From IMG/VR virus record IMGVR_UViG_3300025910_000007, positions 1 through 64,000 of that record: 64,000 nt of DNA; one strand, 5' to 3'. Under the pieces are notes generated by a model. That model was not told the DNA's origin. It saw nothing but the letters and a program-made list of their open reading frames with translations, and did no database searches. This DNA comes from a virus. Shown here piece after piece: positions 28,985 to 38,951 of this stretch. Every line of letters starts with the position of its first letter. Position 1 is the first letter of the stretch. A program made the translations under genes and the position numbers.

Positions 28985-30357
28985 GAATCCCTCTTATTCA
29001 ACCATGCCGGTACTTCCATGATTTGTTGCGCCACACCGTTAGCAGAGTTATCGCGCAATACCTGATTGATGCTGGCGCAAATGCCAGCATACATCTCGCA
29101 GATTTGCCGTTCCTTGCGCAGCATATTGGCCGCTACCTTGCCTTCTGCTTCAGTATGAACCAGCCGCACATTGACACGATTCTTCTGCCCAAATCGCCAG
29201 CACCGCCGCAGTGCCTGATAGTATTGTTCCACGCTATGCGTTGGAAAGTAACTCACGTCTGCGCAATGCTGCCAGTTCAGGCCGAAACTGGCGATCTTGG
29301 GCTTCGTCACCAGCGCCCGTATCTGGCCGCTGGTGAACGCCATTAGTTTCTCTTCCTTTTCCTCATCACGGTCAGCACCGCTAACCTGTACCGCTCCGGG
29401 GATGAATCGTTCTAATAGCGCCGCTTCCTTGTTGAGCTGACACCAGGCAAGAACGGGCCGGTCTCTTGGTAGTAGTTCAGCTACCTTCTGGCAGCGTCGT
29501 TCCGCCGTTCGTTTCTTTTCTTCGCGCTGCTCGGCCAGAGTATTCGCCTGATAAGGGAAAAAACCATTGCGGAAATCATTGGGCAGTACGACTCGTTCCG
29601 CAACCAATTCGGGTAAGATGAATGCACCGTCGGCGTAGCCCAGATCAGAAGGTAGCCGTACCGCTCGTGCCCATCCTGACATCCATTCCCAGAAGCGTGT
29701 ACGGGCATGTCCCTTTAACGCCCAATGCTGCGTATCTTCCCCACCGTTGGTGAAGAACATGCCCAGCATTTGCCCACGAGGCATGATGCCCAATGCTTCA
29801 GACAGCGAACCAATCTCCATGTGATCGTTGGGGGCAGGAGTAGCGGTACAGCCCAAACGATACGGAACCTTCGTCATGAATTCAGTAACAACTCGCCGTG
29901 TTTTGCCGTCGAAATTCTTGATGCAGCTCAGTTCATCACCGACAAAGCCCTGAAAATCAGTAGGGCGGTAATGGTGCAATTGCTCGTAATTGGTGACGTT
30001 GATCCCGCGATGCAATGCTCCGCCCTTGACGCGATGAGCAATCATGCCGAAACGTTCGGCCTCCTGAACGAACTGCCGTCCTACAGCCAAAGGTGTCGCA
30101 ATTAGAATATTGCTGTTGGTATGTCGTACCACGTTTTCAGACCAGACCAATGATAGAAGTGTTTTGCCTAGGCCGCAATCGGCGAGGGCCGCTGCCCAGC
30201 CCTGACGAATTGACCACTCCGCCAGATACTTTTGAAAATCAAAGAGACAGTCCGGTAAGAACGTCGGGGCAAATCCATGCCGACGTCCTTGAACGGATTT
30301 GTGTTTGAGGAAAGCAGCGTATTCCCCGTTGGTATTTTTCATCCCTTCGGCCCCCAT
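28975..30357 (-). CDS. SNF2-like helicase typically paired with this methyltransferase
   Basis: LFDFQ, DCGLGKT, DE.S, TATPAPND, FGLNWQHC, RRCWRFGQ. Confidence 0.85.
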   Translation of the reverse strand: MGAEGMKNTNGEYAAFLKHKSVQGRRHGFAPTFLPDCLFDFQKYLAEWSIRQGWAAALADCGLGKTLLSLVWSENVVRHTNSNILIATPLAVGRQFVQEAERFGMIAHRVKGGALHRGINVTNYEQLHHYRPTDFQGFVGDELSCIKNFDGKTRRVVTEFMTKVPYRLGCTATPAPNDHMEIGSLSEALGIMPRGQMLGMFFTNGGEDTQHWALKGHARTRFWEWMSGWARAVRLPSDLGYADGAFILPELVAERVVLPNDFRNGFFPYQANTLAEQREEKKRTAERRCQKVAELLPRDRPVLAWCQLNKEAALLERFIPGAVQVSGADRDEEKEEKLMAFTSGQIRALVTKPKIASFGLNWQHCADVSYFPTHSVEQYYQALRRCWRFGQKNRVNVRLVHTEAEGKVAANMLRKERQICEMYAGICASINQVLRDNSANGVAQQIMEVPAWLNKRDSCQ

Positions 30358-31769
30358 TCACCGCTCCTATCAACCCACGGATTCTTCTGGAACCAGTTCG
30401 CTTCCCCAATATCCGCCTCAACCTCCATCGGCACTACCAGCCACGGCCATTCTTTTGGCAGCTTGACTGAAACGAAATGGCGAACGGCATTCAGGTAGTC
30501 TTGTAGTTCGCTACGGGGCACGCTGCTGATGATTGAGTCATGGATCTGGCCAACGATCTTTGCCCGCATCTTGTGCTTTTCAATCCACTGTTGCAGCCAG
30601 ACCAGCACTTGCAACAGGCAATGGAATGAGGCTCCTTGGATCACGTAGTTCAGGACTTCGTTCCTCTTATATATCCCTGAACACTTGAAGCCAGTATGCA
30701 TGGCGAACCAACCCTTACGACGGTACGCCTGCCACCATTGTTCCTTCCATAGGGTGTAGACGGGAAAGCGGTTCTGCCACAGTTCGTCTTCTGCTGACTT
30801 TACCTGCGCTTCAAATGTACCGACTGCGGGCGCATGCTTGGGATTGCATGCCCCCAATTTCGTGATACCTTTTGCAGCCAGCCAGCGCCTCATGGGAATC
30901 TTGTTGGGTCCACGCAGATAGCGGGAAGTCCGCCACAATGACGGGGCGCACTGGAAATAGACGCTGCCGTAAAATTGTGCGAAAACGAATGCCCCCTTGC
31001 ACAGATTCCTGAGTGGTCCTGCATCTTCCTTGGCAATCTGGTTCCATTCTTCTCGGGTGATGAGGAAATTGTCCAGGGCGGCGTCTCGGTGCATGTCACT
31101 ATCGGGGTTGACCAGATAGTCTACCAGCGTCGGGTCGTGATGGTAGCACGCGCTTACCCGCACTTCTGCGCCTCGGAAATCGTTCTCGACGATGACCCAA
31201 TCTGGCCCGTCAGGTATGAATGCCGTGCGGATGTACTTGGAGATTTCCTTGTTGCGGATGGGGATGTTGGTGAAGTTGGGCGAACTTGACGAAGACCGAA
31301 ATGTGATGACGGTATTCAGGTTGAATGATGGATGCAGCCGGCCGTTGCAGACTTCTTGCGTGATCCCCTTGAGATAGGTGCCCCGCAGCTTGCACAACTT
31401 CTTCCAGCGAAAGTACGGCTTCAGGAACGGCAGCTTGATGCCAGCGAACGCCGCTTCATTGGTACTGTCCCGCCCTGTCGCCGTTACCGTCTTGCTTTTG
31501 TGTTTCAGTTCCTGAAAGACAACATGGGCCAACTGCGGGCCGCTGTCCAGATTGGCCTTCATGCCAAAGCGACGTCGCCAGATTTTGTAAACATCGTCCG
31601 CACGTAGCTGTCGTTCCAGTTCCTCGATCTGATTGGTAACTTGGACCGTGACCCGTTCCAGATAGGGAATGTCGATACGAATTCCGTTCGCTTCAACTTT
31701 CGCTAGCGCCAGCGCCCCCTCCATGAACAGCTTGAACGCCCGCGGTGAATCGGGAACGACCTTCTGCAT
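30339..31769 (-). CDS. polA: family A DNA polymerase, polymerase domain (split gene, part 2)
   Basis: SSSPNFTNIP, motif A DFRGAEVR, motif B R..CKGAFVFAQFYG, NYVIQG, motif C QIHDSI. Confidence 0.9.
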   Translation of the reverse strand: MQKVVPDSPRAFKLFMEGALALAKVEANGIRIDIPYLERVTVQVTNQIEELERQLRADDVYKIWRRRFGMKANLDSGPQLAHVVFQELKHKSKTVTATGRDSTNEAAFAGIKLPFLKPYFRWKKLCKLRGTYLKGITQEVCNGRLHPSFNLNTVITFRSSSSSPNFTNIPIRNKEISKYIRTAFIPDGPDWVIVENDFRGAEVRVSACYHHDPTLVDYLVNPDSDMHRDAALDNFLITREEWNQIAKEDAGPLRNLCKGAFVFAQFYGSVYFQCAPSLWRTSRYLRGPNKIPMRRWLAAKGITKLGACNPKHAPAVGTFEAQVKSAEDELWQNRFPVYTLWKEQWWQAYRRKGWFAMHTGFKCSGIYKRNEVLNYVIQGASFHCLLQVLVWLQQWIEKHKMRAKIVGQIHDSIISSVPRSELQDYLNAVRHFVSVKLPKEWPWLVVPMEVEADIGEANWFQKNPWVDRSGEWGPKG

Positions 31770-32288
31770 CAGCGGCCTCCCCGATGCCGCAGAATGATCT
31801 CTTGCGCAACACGCAGGTTCAGCCCGTTGGTTTCCTTTATCACCTTGGCATGATCGGGGCCAATCCAGCCGGGCGGTTTCAGGAACTTACCTGATGGACT
31901 GAATGTCGCCTGACCGCCGGGGAATTTTCTGTCGTTCGCTTCACATACTTCGGCCAGATGGGGCAGGTCAGGAACACCGCAGGAGAGCATGGTGCCGATG
32001 CAGACATATATTGTGTCGCAACAGCCGTCGATGACATCCTTCAGAATGGTTGGGCAATGACCATGCAGTTTCAACCTGTCCGGTCCCTCAAAATCGGTAT
32101 CGACCTCAAACCCCAGAGCGTAGATCGTCTCCAGCGCTTCCTCCAGTATCAGTTCCGCCCGCAGCCGGCGTGTCGCTTCATCAGGCTGGGCTGGGCTGGG
32201 CGGGAACCTGCTGGTGGGCATCAGTAGGGGCGCAGGTGCCCATACAGAATAGGTTGGAGACAGCGGTAGGACTGAGTTTGTCGAACAT
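31769..32288 (-). CDS. PRA-PH/MazG-like nucleotide pyrophosphohydrolase (probable frameshift near 32186-32200)
   Basis: LRAELILEEALE...DGCCD..YV...EV.EAN..K...GK.LKPPGW; the ATG with an RBS at 32288 is out of frame. Confidence 0.7.
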
Positions 32289-32296
32289 GGATTCTC

Positions 32297-33112
32297 CTAG
32301 ACGATCATCTCTGCGCGATCTTGCAACACGGGCTGGTATTCCTTGTCTAATGAAAAATCATCCGCTTTGAAATCTTCGGACGTTGGGGTATAGACGAGAC
32401 CGGGCGTTCGCAAACATTGCTTTTTCGCATCAGCGATACGCCGCGCCAGATCGTAGTGGGCTTGATAGATATGAACATCACCGCCGATCCAAACCAGTTT
32501 GGACGCGATCCGCCCGGTCCGATATGCTAACCACATCAAGAACGCCCAATACTGAAACCAATTGTGGGGCAGTCCGCAGATCACATCTACCGACCGTTGG
32601 TATGTAACCAACGTCAGCCCATTGTTCTTCCCAACGAATGCTTGAATGATGGTGCCGTGGCAATTGGTAATCGGGCAAGACGAATGAGTCATATCCGCCG
32701 TATTCCAAGTAGTGATGACGTTCCGACGGCTGAATGGATGATTTTGCACCCCATCGAGCATCAGTGCTATTTGGTCCACTGCGATGTTGCCGATTAACGA
32801 TCCACGAAAATTACGAAACTGCTGCGAGTAATTGAATGGTACATTGCCTATGTGATTTGCCCACGGCTGCCACCACGAACGAACTTTTTCATGCAAATCC
32901 CAGATGTTACACGATCCACTCATGAACCATTCCCATTCACGCAAGCAATTCTTCCATGCCGTTTTGCGGGCTGACACAAGAGGCACGACGTTAAATTCGA
33001 TTTGCATAGCGACCATGCGACGGCAAACCGAATTGCGTGTCATCAATTCTTCGCCGTCATCCAGTATGCTGCAAATCAAATCGGCATAGGTGGCATCCAC
33101 GTTGCCCATCAT
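32297..33112 (-). CDS. thyA: thymidylate synthase
   Basis: FSRRNVITTWN, NCH, YQRSVDVICGLPHN, GDVHIY. Confidence 0.9.
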   Translation of the reverse strand: MMGNVDATYADLICSILDDGEELMTRNSVCRRMVAMQIEFNVVPLVSARKTAWKNCLREWEWFMSGSCNIWDLHEKVRSWWQPWANHIGNVPFNYSQQFRNFRGSLIGNIAVDQIALMLDGVQNHPFSRRNVITTWNTADMTHSSCPITNCHGTIIQAFVGKNNGLTLVTYQRSVDVICGLPHNWFQYWAFLMWLAYRTGRIASKLVWIGGDVHIYQAHYDLARRIADAKKQCLRTPGLVYTPTSEDFKADDFSLDKEYQPVLQDRAEMIV

Positions 33113-33372
33113 CGGTACTTCCCACCTTCCTTCATTATCTCCACGTCCGTGCCGCCGTTCAGTTCCCGAAACTCTCCGTTCCACCAAGTGTCGCCAGTAG
33201 GTCCGTCGTACATTTGGATGTTGAAACGGTAGGTTCCCGATATTTCCAACGGGTTGATGAAGCTGTGGTAATGATCGTAGTAGTATTGGCCGGGAGCGTT
33301 GGTTCGGTAGTTCCAACCATAGAGCGGTTCGCTTTCAGCGATCCAGCGTTTGTATCCAGCCAACGCTGCCAT
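33109..33372 (-). CDS. hypothetical protein
   Basis: stop overlaps the thyA start. Confidence 0.5.
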   Translation of the reverse strand: MAALAGYKRWIAESEPLYGWNYRTNAPGQYYYDHYHSFINPLEISGTYRFNIQMYDGPTGDTWWNGEFRELNGGTDVEIMKEGGKYR

Positions 33373-33398
33373 CAGTTCCTATTTCTTTTCGATGGGAG

Positions 33399-33683
33399 TC
33401 ACTTCGTATGCTCCTTGATCCATCGCTGGACTTCTTCCGCCACTTCCAAGTATTCCCGCGACGGCGTCAGGTTTACTTCTTGACCCGGCCGATAGCTCTT
33501 CCAGATTTTTGCCCTCAAATAGGCCGGCAGCTTGAACCAATGCGCGGAACAGCCCCACATAGCCGGCGGACATTGTTTCGGGCAATTTGGCCAGTGGCAG
33601 TGATGATTGCGTGTCTGCCCCTGCGATTTGACGTAGGCCGCTTTCGCCGCGATTGATTCACCTGCGCTACGTTTCTTTGCCAT
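33399..33683 (-). CDS. hypothetical Cys/His-rich protein
   Basis: HCHWPNC..QCPPAMWGC..HW. Confidence 0.6.
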   Translation of the reverse strand: MAKKRSAGESIAAKAAYVKSQGQTRNHHCHWPNCPKQCPPAMWGCSAHWFKLPAYLRAKIWKSYRPGQEVNLTPSREYLEVAEEVQRWIKEHTK

Positions 33684-33879
33684 CGGTTTTCCTTTTCTTT
33701 TCAGCGGCGCGGGCGGTCAGGTACTTACGGAAGTCTTCCAGTTCCTTGGTGTCGTTGTCCAGTTCTTTCGGATCAGGTTTCCAGCCGCAGCGGGGGCAAC
33801 CGAGATGATCCTTACAGGAACCTTGCCAGCCAAACCGCTTCTTGCATTTGGGGCAGCAGGCGTCATTGAACGTGGTCAT
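33667..33879 (-). CDS. hypothetical Zn-finger protein
   Basis: CPKC...CPRCG. Confidence 0.5.
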   Translation of the reverse strand: MTTFNDACCPKCKKRFGWQGSCKDHLGCPRCGWKPDPKELDNDTKELEDFRKYLTARAAEKKRKTDGKET

Positions 33880-34217
33880 CAGGCGCTATGCCCCTTCCGC
33901 ATCTCAGCGATAGTGTCGGGGTCATCCCTGCGGTGCAGACCACGCGTCGGATCACCCTGCCCATGCGTAATGCGGTAGGCGTCGAATTCGTCAGCCAGCC
34001 TACGCAGACGTGCGGGGAAATCGGGATGTACGTCAGGATCGTTGGCGATGCTGTCCGCGTAGGCCCGCAAAGCGACAGCGGCGTGCGGATCACGGGCACC
34101 CAGCACGAAGTTGGGCCACTCAACCACCGTACCATCCCTGCGCTTTACAAGGTATTTGCCCTCTGGCGACTTGGGATCGTCACGGACTAAGCCGGCCAAC
34201 TTCGGTTTCTCGTTCAT
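33879..34217 (-). CDS. hypothetical phage protein
   Basis: GKYLVKRRDG...FVLGARDPHAAVALRAYA. Confidence 0.6.
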   Translation of the reverse strand: MNEKPKLAGLVRDDPKSPEGKYLVKRRDGTVVEWPNFVLGARDPHAAVALRAYADSIANDPDVHPDFPARLRRLADEFDAYRITHGQGDPTRGLHRRDDPDTIAEMRKGHSA

Positions 34218-34611
34218 CGTTTTCCCCAAAAGGGTTTTGTGGCGATGGTAGGGCATGAGACGCACATCCAACGTGTCCGCATCTAGGACATTTGCCAACG
34301 CCCTTAACAATTTCGTCCAGCGTCGCGGTCAATTGTCGATCATGGTAACGAGCGGCCCGTGCCTCGAACACGAACAACGCAGCCTTCAGCAAACCGATAC
34401 CCGCTTCGGTTTCCGCACAGGGCAACTGGCTGTTGACATATTCGGCGCGGTCGATCAACGCCCGCAGCACTTCTTGCATCGTCGTGCCAGGGTGATGGCC
34501 AATGTTGCCGGGGTACTTGGTCCCTTCTCGCTTGACGAATGTAAGCGTTTGGAGCAGTTCTCCGTCTAGCGGGTCCAATAGGTATTCATGGCCGCGATCA
34601 ACCACTATCAC
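34180..34611 (-). CDS. hypothetical phage protein
   Basis: GH.Y.L..LDG...LTFVKREG..YPGN...PGTTMQEVLRALIDR; GTG overlaps the upstream stop. Confidence 0.6.
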   Translation of the reverse strand: MIVVDRGHEYLLDPLDGELLQTLTFVKREGTKYPGNIGHHPGTTMQEVLRALIDRAEYVNSQLPCAETEAGIGLLKAALFVFEARAARYHDRQLTATLDEIVKGVGKCPRCGHVGCASHALPSPQNPFGENDERETEVGRLSP

Positions 34612-35846
34612 AGTTTCAACCCCATTTTTGGCGCCAGCTTTTGTGCGATGTGCCATTCCACCAACGAGTCCATCCCGTTATACAGCAGCAGTTTTTGTAG
34701 CGGGGCCTCGCGGATGCGGTTGGGTGAATTGCCACCCCCTTTGGATGTCAGAAATGGCTTGATTTCATCATCGTAGCTTTCCCCACCTAGTAGCGCGAAC
34801 GTCATGAACTTGGCGCCGGTGATACCCCGCCGGTTGTCCGCTACATGAGACGCCAGCATGTCGTCGATCTTCCAGTTCCGCGGCATCACGCCCAGCTTGG
34901 CCAACGACCACCGAATCTCGAACTGAATATGCTGCCCGATCTTGGGCGAGTCCGACAGGAGCATTTCTTTAGTGGCTTGGATCGCTTCCCCGTGCCAGGG
35001 GTAAGCGACGCTGATCACCCCGTCGCTAACCGAACAGCTGTAGATTTCGGCATGCGCCCCGTCCGGCTTCAAAGTGGTAGTTTCATAGTCGAACGCCAGC
35101 GGCTTCCCCACCGCCGTCATCTTCCGCACCGCTGCTGCTGCCTTGTTCGCGTCCAGCTCCACCCGCACCATCGCCTTGTAGTCAGGCGGGCCGTCCGGCC
35201 ACGGCCGTCCCTTCAGTTTCAGCGCCCATTCCAACTGCTTTTCAAAATCGTTCAGCACCAATGGGTCGGGCTTGTCGTTGAACCGCTGAGCACTGCGTAG
35301 GACGTGGCTAGGATGCCAAACGGGTGCTACCCAGGCGTTTAGTTGCTGGTTGGGGATGCGCCAACCGACCCATTTGGTGACTTCGCCGGGGTCTTCCTTC
35401 CACAGCCAGCCGATGACCGACTTGACCGCGTGTTTGCCCAACAGGATCACCAGCTCGGGCTTCAGTGCTTTGATAGCGTTGACGACGGTAGGACGGCAGT
35501 AGCCGATTTCCTTGTCGGTAGGTTGACGGTTTTTGCCCTTGGCGTCGCTAGCGCGGCAGGCGATGGCGTTCATAATCCAGCAATCGCGGGTCAGTTCGCA
35601 CTTGAACCGACGCAGCGTTTGCTTCAGCAGATCACCAGCGGGTCCGACAAACGGCCGGCCGACAAGGTCTTCGTTTTCACCGGGGCCTTCACCGCAGATG
35701 AGGATTTTGCGGGCGCCGTCTCCATCAATCGGCATGCGAGGGCTTGCGCACTTCTTGTCGAGCTTACACGTCCAGCATTGTGGTTGCGGCGGGACCAGCA
35801 GCTTGAGCGAACGGGTTGTGACGGCGGAAAAGAAACCGGCCATCAT
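34608..35846 (-). CDS. family-4 uracil-DNA glycosylase-like domain fused to 3'-5' exonuclease (split DNA polymerase, part 1)
   Basis: C..C.L...C, GEGPGENED..GRPFVGPAG, WHPS; ExoI AFDYETT and ExoIII YNGMD. Confidence 0.85.
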   Translation of the reverse strand: MMAGFFSAVTTRSLKLLVPPQPQCWTCKLDKKCASPRMPIDGDGARKILICGEGPGENEDLVGRPFVGPAGDLLKQTLRRFKCELTRDCWIMNAIACRASDAKGKNRQPTDKEIGYCRPTVVNAIKALKPELVILLGKHAVKSVIGWLWKEDPGEVTKWVGWRIPNQQLNAWVAPVWHPSHVLRSAQRFNDKPDPLVLNDFEKQLEWALKLKGRPWPDGPPDYKAMVRVELDANKAAAAVRKMTAVGKPLAFDYETTTLKPDGAHAEIYSCSVSDGVISVAYPWHGEAIQATKEMLLSDSPKIGQHIQFEIRWSLAKLGVMPRNWKIDDMLASHVADNRRGITGAKFMTFALLGGESYDDEIKPFLTSKGGGNSPNRIREAPLQKLLLYNGMDSLVEWHIAQKLAPKMGLKL

Positions 35847-36046
35847 TCTGCCCCCATTGCGTAATCATCAGCTTCGGCGCAATCACTGCACAATCCCAAT
35901 GGCGGCGGATCTTCAACTGACCAAGGGAACAACCGTCGGCAATTGGTACATGCGTAACAATCTGGGCACGCCACTACTTCGCGAAACACATCGCCGAATT
36001 GCCTGCCGCAGCGTCGACAGCATGGTGGATTATTGCTGTCCATCAT
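35843..36046 (-). CDS. hypothetical Zn-finger protein
   Basis: multiple CxxC pairs. Confidence 0.45.
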   Translation of the reverse strand: MMDSNNPPCCRRCGRQFGDVFREVVACPDCYACTNCRRLFPWSVEDPPPLGLCSDCAEADDYAMGAE

Positions 36047-36218
36047 GCAGCCCCAATCGTCTCAGTGTCTACCAGCATCCGGTCAATGTCGTCGTACCCA
36101 CCTGCCAGCATCCGCTCCTCTACCTCACGCGGATCAACGCCCGGCACCTTGCTCCAACCTGCCAGATGATGAAAGTCCCACAGCGAATCCAACACAGCGT
36201 TCCACGCACTTTGCGTCA

Positions 36219-37292
36219 TCATGACTCCTGTTCGACTACTTCAGTAGCTTCTTCATGTGTCCCATCGCCGTTGCTGATAGGGGACACGTTCGGCCGAAAG
36301 AGCCATGCCGTGTAAATGTACCCACCCGCATCAACCCGCAGCCGATCCGTTGTCAGCGTCATCTCGCGGTGTTTGGTGACAATATCGCTCAGAATCTTGG
36401 GCGAAATCAGGAACGTCAGCTTGGGACCGTTGTACGTTACCTTGGGCGTTTCCTCGAACCAACCGGACACGCCCGTACCGCGTAATACCAATCGCCCCGG
36501 CCGCAACGAAACCTCCAGCATGTTGTTGTCAGTATTCTCTTGAGAGAATACCTCAGCGCGGGCGGCTGCTTCGGCCAGCCCCTTCGGCAACGCAGCGGGC
36601 TCGCCGCCTTCGGCCAGGAATTCCGTCAGGCTGGGGTAGTCTTCCAGATAGCGACGGCAGGACAGCACCAATCCGTTGGGATTGCGGAAATGAACCCAGC
36701 CCGCCGTTTCCCCGAATTCGACCATGCCCAACGATACGACGTTCTTCAGACTGGACGGCTTGAACATGGCCGGTTCGGCGAAGCCCGTTTTCAGTCGCCA
36801 GCGGCATGCCTGAAAATCAGTACCGGCTTCGATCCATTTGGGATGGACGTGGACAACGTTCGCGGCCGCCTTGGGGTCTTTCTCGTCTGCGCAGTTGTGG
36901 ACGATGTTGACTGCCTCGCAGAAGTCCTTGTGCAACTTGTGCCACTCTGTTGGCGTTTCGATGCTGTCGATGGGCAGCAGGATTTCCTTCTCCATGCGGA
37001 TGCCGGATCGGCGACGTTTGCCTGCTACCAGCAGTTCGCCGTCGCCTGCGCTGACGTCAATGTCGTCGTCGGGTAGCAGCTTCAGGATGTCCAGCAGCGA
37101 TTTGGACTGGACGGCGCCAGTGAACGCCTTCTCCAGACCGGATGGACCGCGGCAGGCGATTTCGTCGTTGAATGCGCAGACCTGCCCCTTGACAAAAATG
37201 AAGCACTGACTTTGCTCGATGACCTCCCTCGTAGCCAGGCCGGGGGCGACACCTTCCAGGCAACGCAGGAAATGCTCACGTCCGATTTTCAC
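36219..37292 (-). CDS. sliding clamp (beta-clamp-like)
   Basis: 357 aa, clamp-like size and pattern, YPSL motif; clamp loader and polymerase nearby. Confidence 0.65.
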   Translation of the reverse strand: MKIGREHFLRCLEGVAPGLATREVIEQSQCFIFVKGQVCAFNDEIACRGPSGLEKAFTGAVQSKSLLDILKLLPDDDIDVSAGDGELLVAGKRRRSGIRMEKEILLPIDSIETPTEWHKLHKDFCEAVNIVHNCADEKDPKAAANVVHVHPKWIEAGTDFQACRWRLKTGFAEPAMFKPSSLKNVVSLGMVEFGETAGWVHFRNPNGLVLSCRRYLEDYPSLTEFLAEGGEPAALPKGLAEAAARAEVFSQENTDNNMLEVSLRPGRLVLRGTGVSGWFEETPKVTYNGPKLTFLISPKILSDIVTKHREMTLTTDRLRVDAGGYIYTAWLFRPNVSPISNGDGTHEEATEVVEQES

Positions 37293-37869
37293 AATGTTCC
37301 TCCTGTCCGAGCGATAGTATCAAACGTTTCAATGCACCGGCGCTATTCAGCAGATGACTGAGGCGCCGGGCTATCTCCAGATCAGTCAGCTCTGTTTTGT
37401 CGTGGCGGCTGAATGGACCGGCGGCTGTGTTCAAAGTACGTTGCATCCAGGCATGAATCTCTTGCTTGCTGCGGCTTGTCAGTTTGGCGATCCATGACAG
37501 TTTATAGGCCCCGTTCTTCTGCCCCGCTTCGCCGAAACAGAGAGCCAGCAGGTCCAGTTCCCGCTTGCTGAACGGTTCGCCGGCACGGTTGATCCGATTC
37601 GTCGAAACGTAACCAGCGACGTCTGGATAGCGGGCCGGTAGTTTCCAAAGCCGTGTCCAGATGGATTTGGGGCTCCTGCCCATTTCGCTGTGGAAAGAGG
37701 GCGGCCGACCAGAAGCAATCCAACCATGAACAAGGAAACCGTCCAACAGTATATCATCATCGGCTGGCGTCCACGGATCGCCGTCGTGATAGAATTCGCC
37801 GTACCGTTCCGCCAGCCGGCGTTTCTGTTCGTTGAGTTTCGATCTGGGGTTGATGTGACGTTCACGCAT
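37276..37869 (-). CDS. hypothetical protein, possibly with Myb/HTH-like repeats
   Basis: PWTPADDDILL...MGRSPKSIWTRL. Confidence 0.5.
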   Translation of the reverse strand: MRERHINPRSKLNEQKRRLAERYGEFYHDGDPWTPADDDILLDGFLVHGWIASGRPPSFHSEMGRSPKSIWTRLWKLPARYPDVAGYVSTNRINRAGEPFSKRELDLLALCFGEAGQKNGAYKLSWIAKLTSRSKQEIHAWMQRTLNTAAGPFSRHDKTELTDLEIARRLSHLLNSAGALKRLILSLGQEEHCENRT

Positions 37870-37871
37870 GG

Positions 37872-38054
37872 TTATTTCGTTTTCCTACTCTGTACATAAT
37901 GACGCAATCGCAGCTTTTGATCCTGCATCCGATTGGTTATCAGGTAGTATGAGAGCATGAATACCCGACGCCCCCCCCGTAACACAATCTCCGGTTCACC
38001 AACCAGCTTCCGTCCGGGTAGGGCGCCGCAGCTGCCCGAGTAAAACAGGATCAT
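37872..38054 (-). CDS. DpdA-completing cassette 7 (G8 tract, in frame)
   Basis: MILFYSG...EPE..L..[G8 37971-37978]..FMLSYY. Confidence 0.7.
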   Translation of the reverse strand: MILFYSGSCGALPGRKLVGEPEIVLRGGRRVFMLSYYLITNRMQDQKLRLRHYVQSRKTK

Positions 38055-38213
38055 GCGTCATCTTTCCGAAGCGATAGTTTTGCATCTGTCCACTACCCTC
38101 TTCTTTCGGACAAGAAATCAGGTAGTACGACAACATCAATGCAGCGCCCCCCCAAGGACGTCTTCTGGTTCCAGATCTTTGTTGCCGTTACTGCCTGAGT
38201 AGAACAGAATCAC
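38051..38213 (-). pseudogene. cassette 6 (G7 tract, out of frame; 3' end approximate)
   Basis: VILFYSG...EPEDVL[G7 38147-38153] then stop; G8 restores AALMLSYYLI. Confidence 0.7.
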
Positions 38214-38418
38214 GCGGGTAACTTCTTCCGCATACGGCGATAGCGACGGAAGCGGCCCTGCTGCATTTTCACCGCGGCCTGTCCTGAGAGCATATGATAG
38301 GTGAGCATGAAATCGCCTTTGCGCAACACCAGCTCAGGATCACATCGCGTGATCTTCAGCGTCCCGTCGCCGTTTCCCGAGAAAAAAATACGAATAACTT
38401 TCCCTCTTCTGTTTGCAT
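38210..38418 (-). pseudogene. cassette 5 (T7 tract; upstream ATG out of frame)
   Basis: FFSGNG...DPELVL..DFMLTYH; ATG 38418 joins this frame only with T5 or T8 (tract 38382-38388). Confidence 0.6.
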
Positions 38419-38559
38419 ACCAGCCGAAAACGGGGCTCTGGCCTACGTTTGCCTACTGAGTTGACAGCTGTCAGCATCAGCGTAGCCGCAGCCCCGAAGT
38501 ATCGTTCAGGATCAGTGGTATGGTCTCCCCCCCCCGTCGCCACTGTAGAAAATTACCAC
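38340..38559 (-). pseudogene. cassette 4 (G9 tract, out of frame)
   Basis: VVIFYSGD[G9 38527-38535] then stop; G8 restores DHTTDPERYF...LMLT. Confidence 0.7.
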
Positions 38560-38735
38560 GGCCGCTTACTCTGCTTGCGATGAAATATGCGACGCATGAT
38601 CTTTTTACCAAATGCTGACGATTTGCCACTGGCGTAAATATCGTAATAGGTGCAGAGCAGACAAGGAACTGTTCGCGACCGTCGCACCATCGCAATGTCA
38701 ATAGGTCGATGAACTCCAGCAATGAACATAATCAT
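38553..38735 (-). CDS. cassette 3 (intact, no tract)
   Basis: MIMFIAG...LLCTYY. Confidence 0.65.
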   Translation of the reverse strand: MIMFIAGVHRPIDIAMVRRSRTVPCLLCTYYDIYASGKSSAFGKKIMRRIFHRKQSKRPW

Positions 38736-38765
38736 CGTGCGATCTCAATCAAGTGCTGAAAATTA

Positions 38766-38951
38766 TCATGGTTGTTTGGCAATGTGTTTTCTTTTCAACC
38801 ACCGGCGTAGGCGGATACGTTGCTTGAACCAAATACGAAGACGGGATTGCAGCTCTTCTTGTCGATTATCGAAATAAGAGAACATCATGTGGCGCCCCCC
38901 CTATTTTCGGCTGTTTGGTTCGCAGCCTATGCCAGAAAAAAATAAGATCAT
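38766..38951 (-). pseudogene. cassette 2 (in-frame TAG at a G7 tract)
   Basis: MILFFSG...RK*GGRHMMFSYF; tract 38895-38901. Confidence 0.65.

Noticed and set aside
38895-38903. Genome-wide TAG recoding to explain the in-frame TAG in cassette 2
   Set aside because: Conserved genes such as queD, queE and thyA end at TAG at the expected length, so TAG is a stop.
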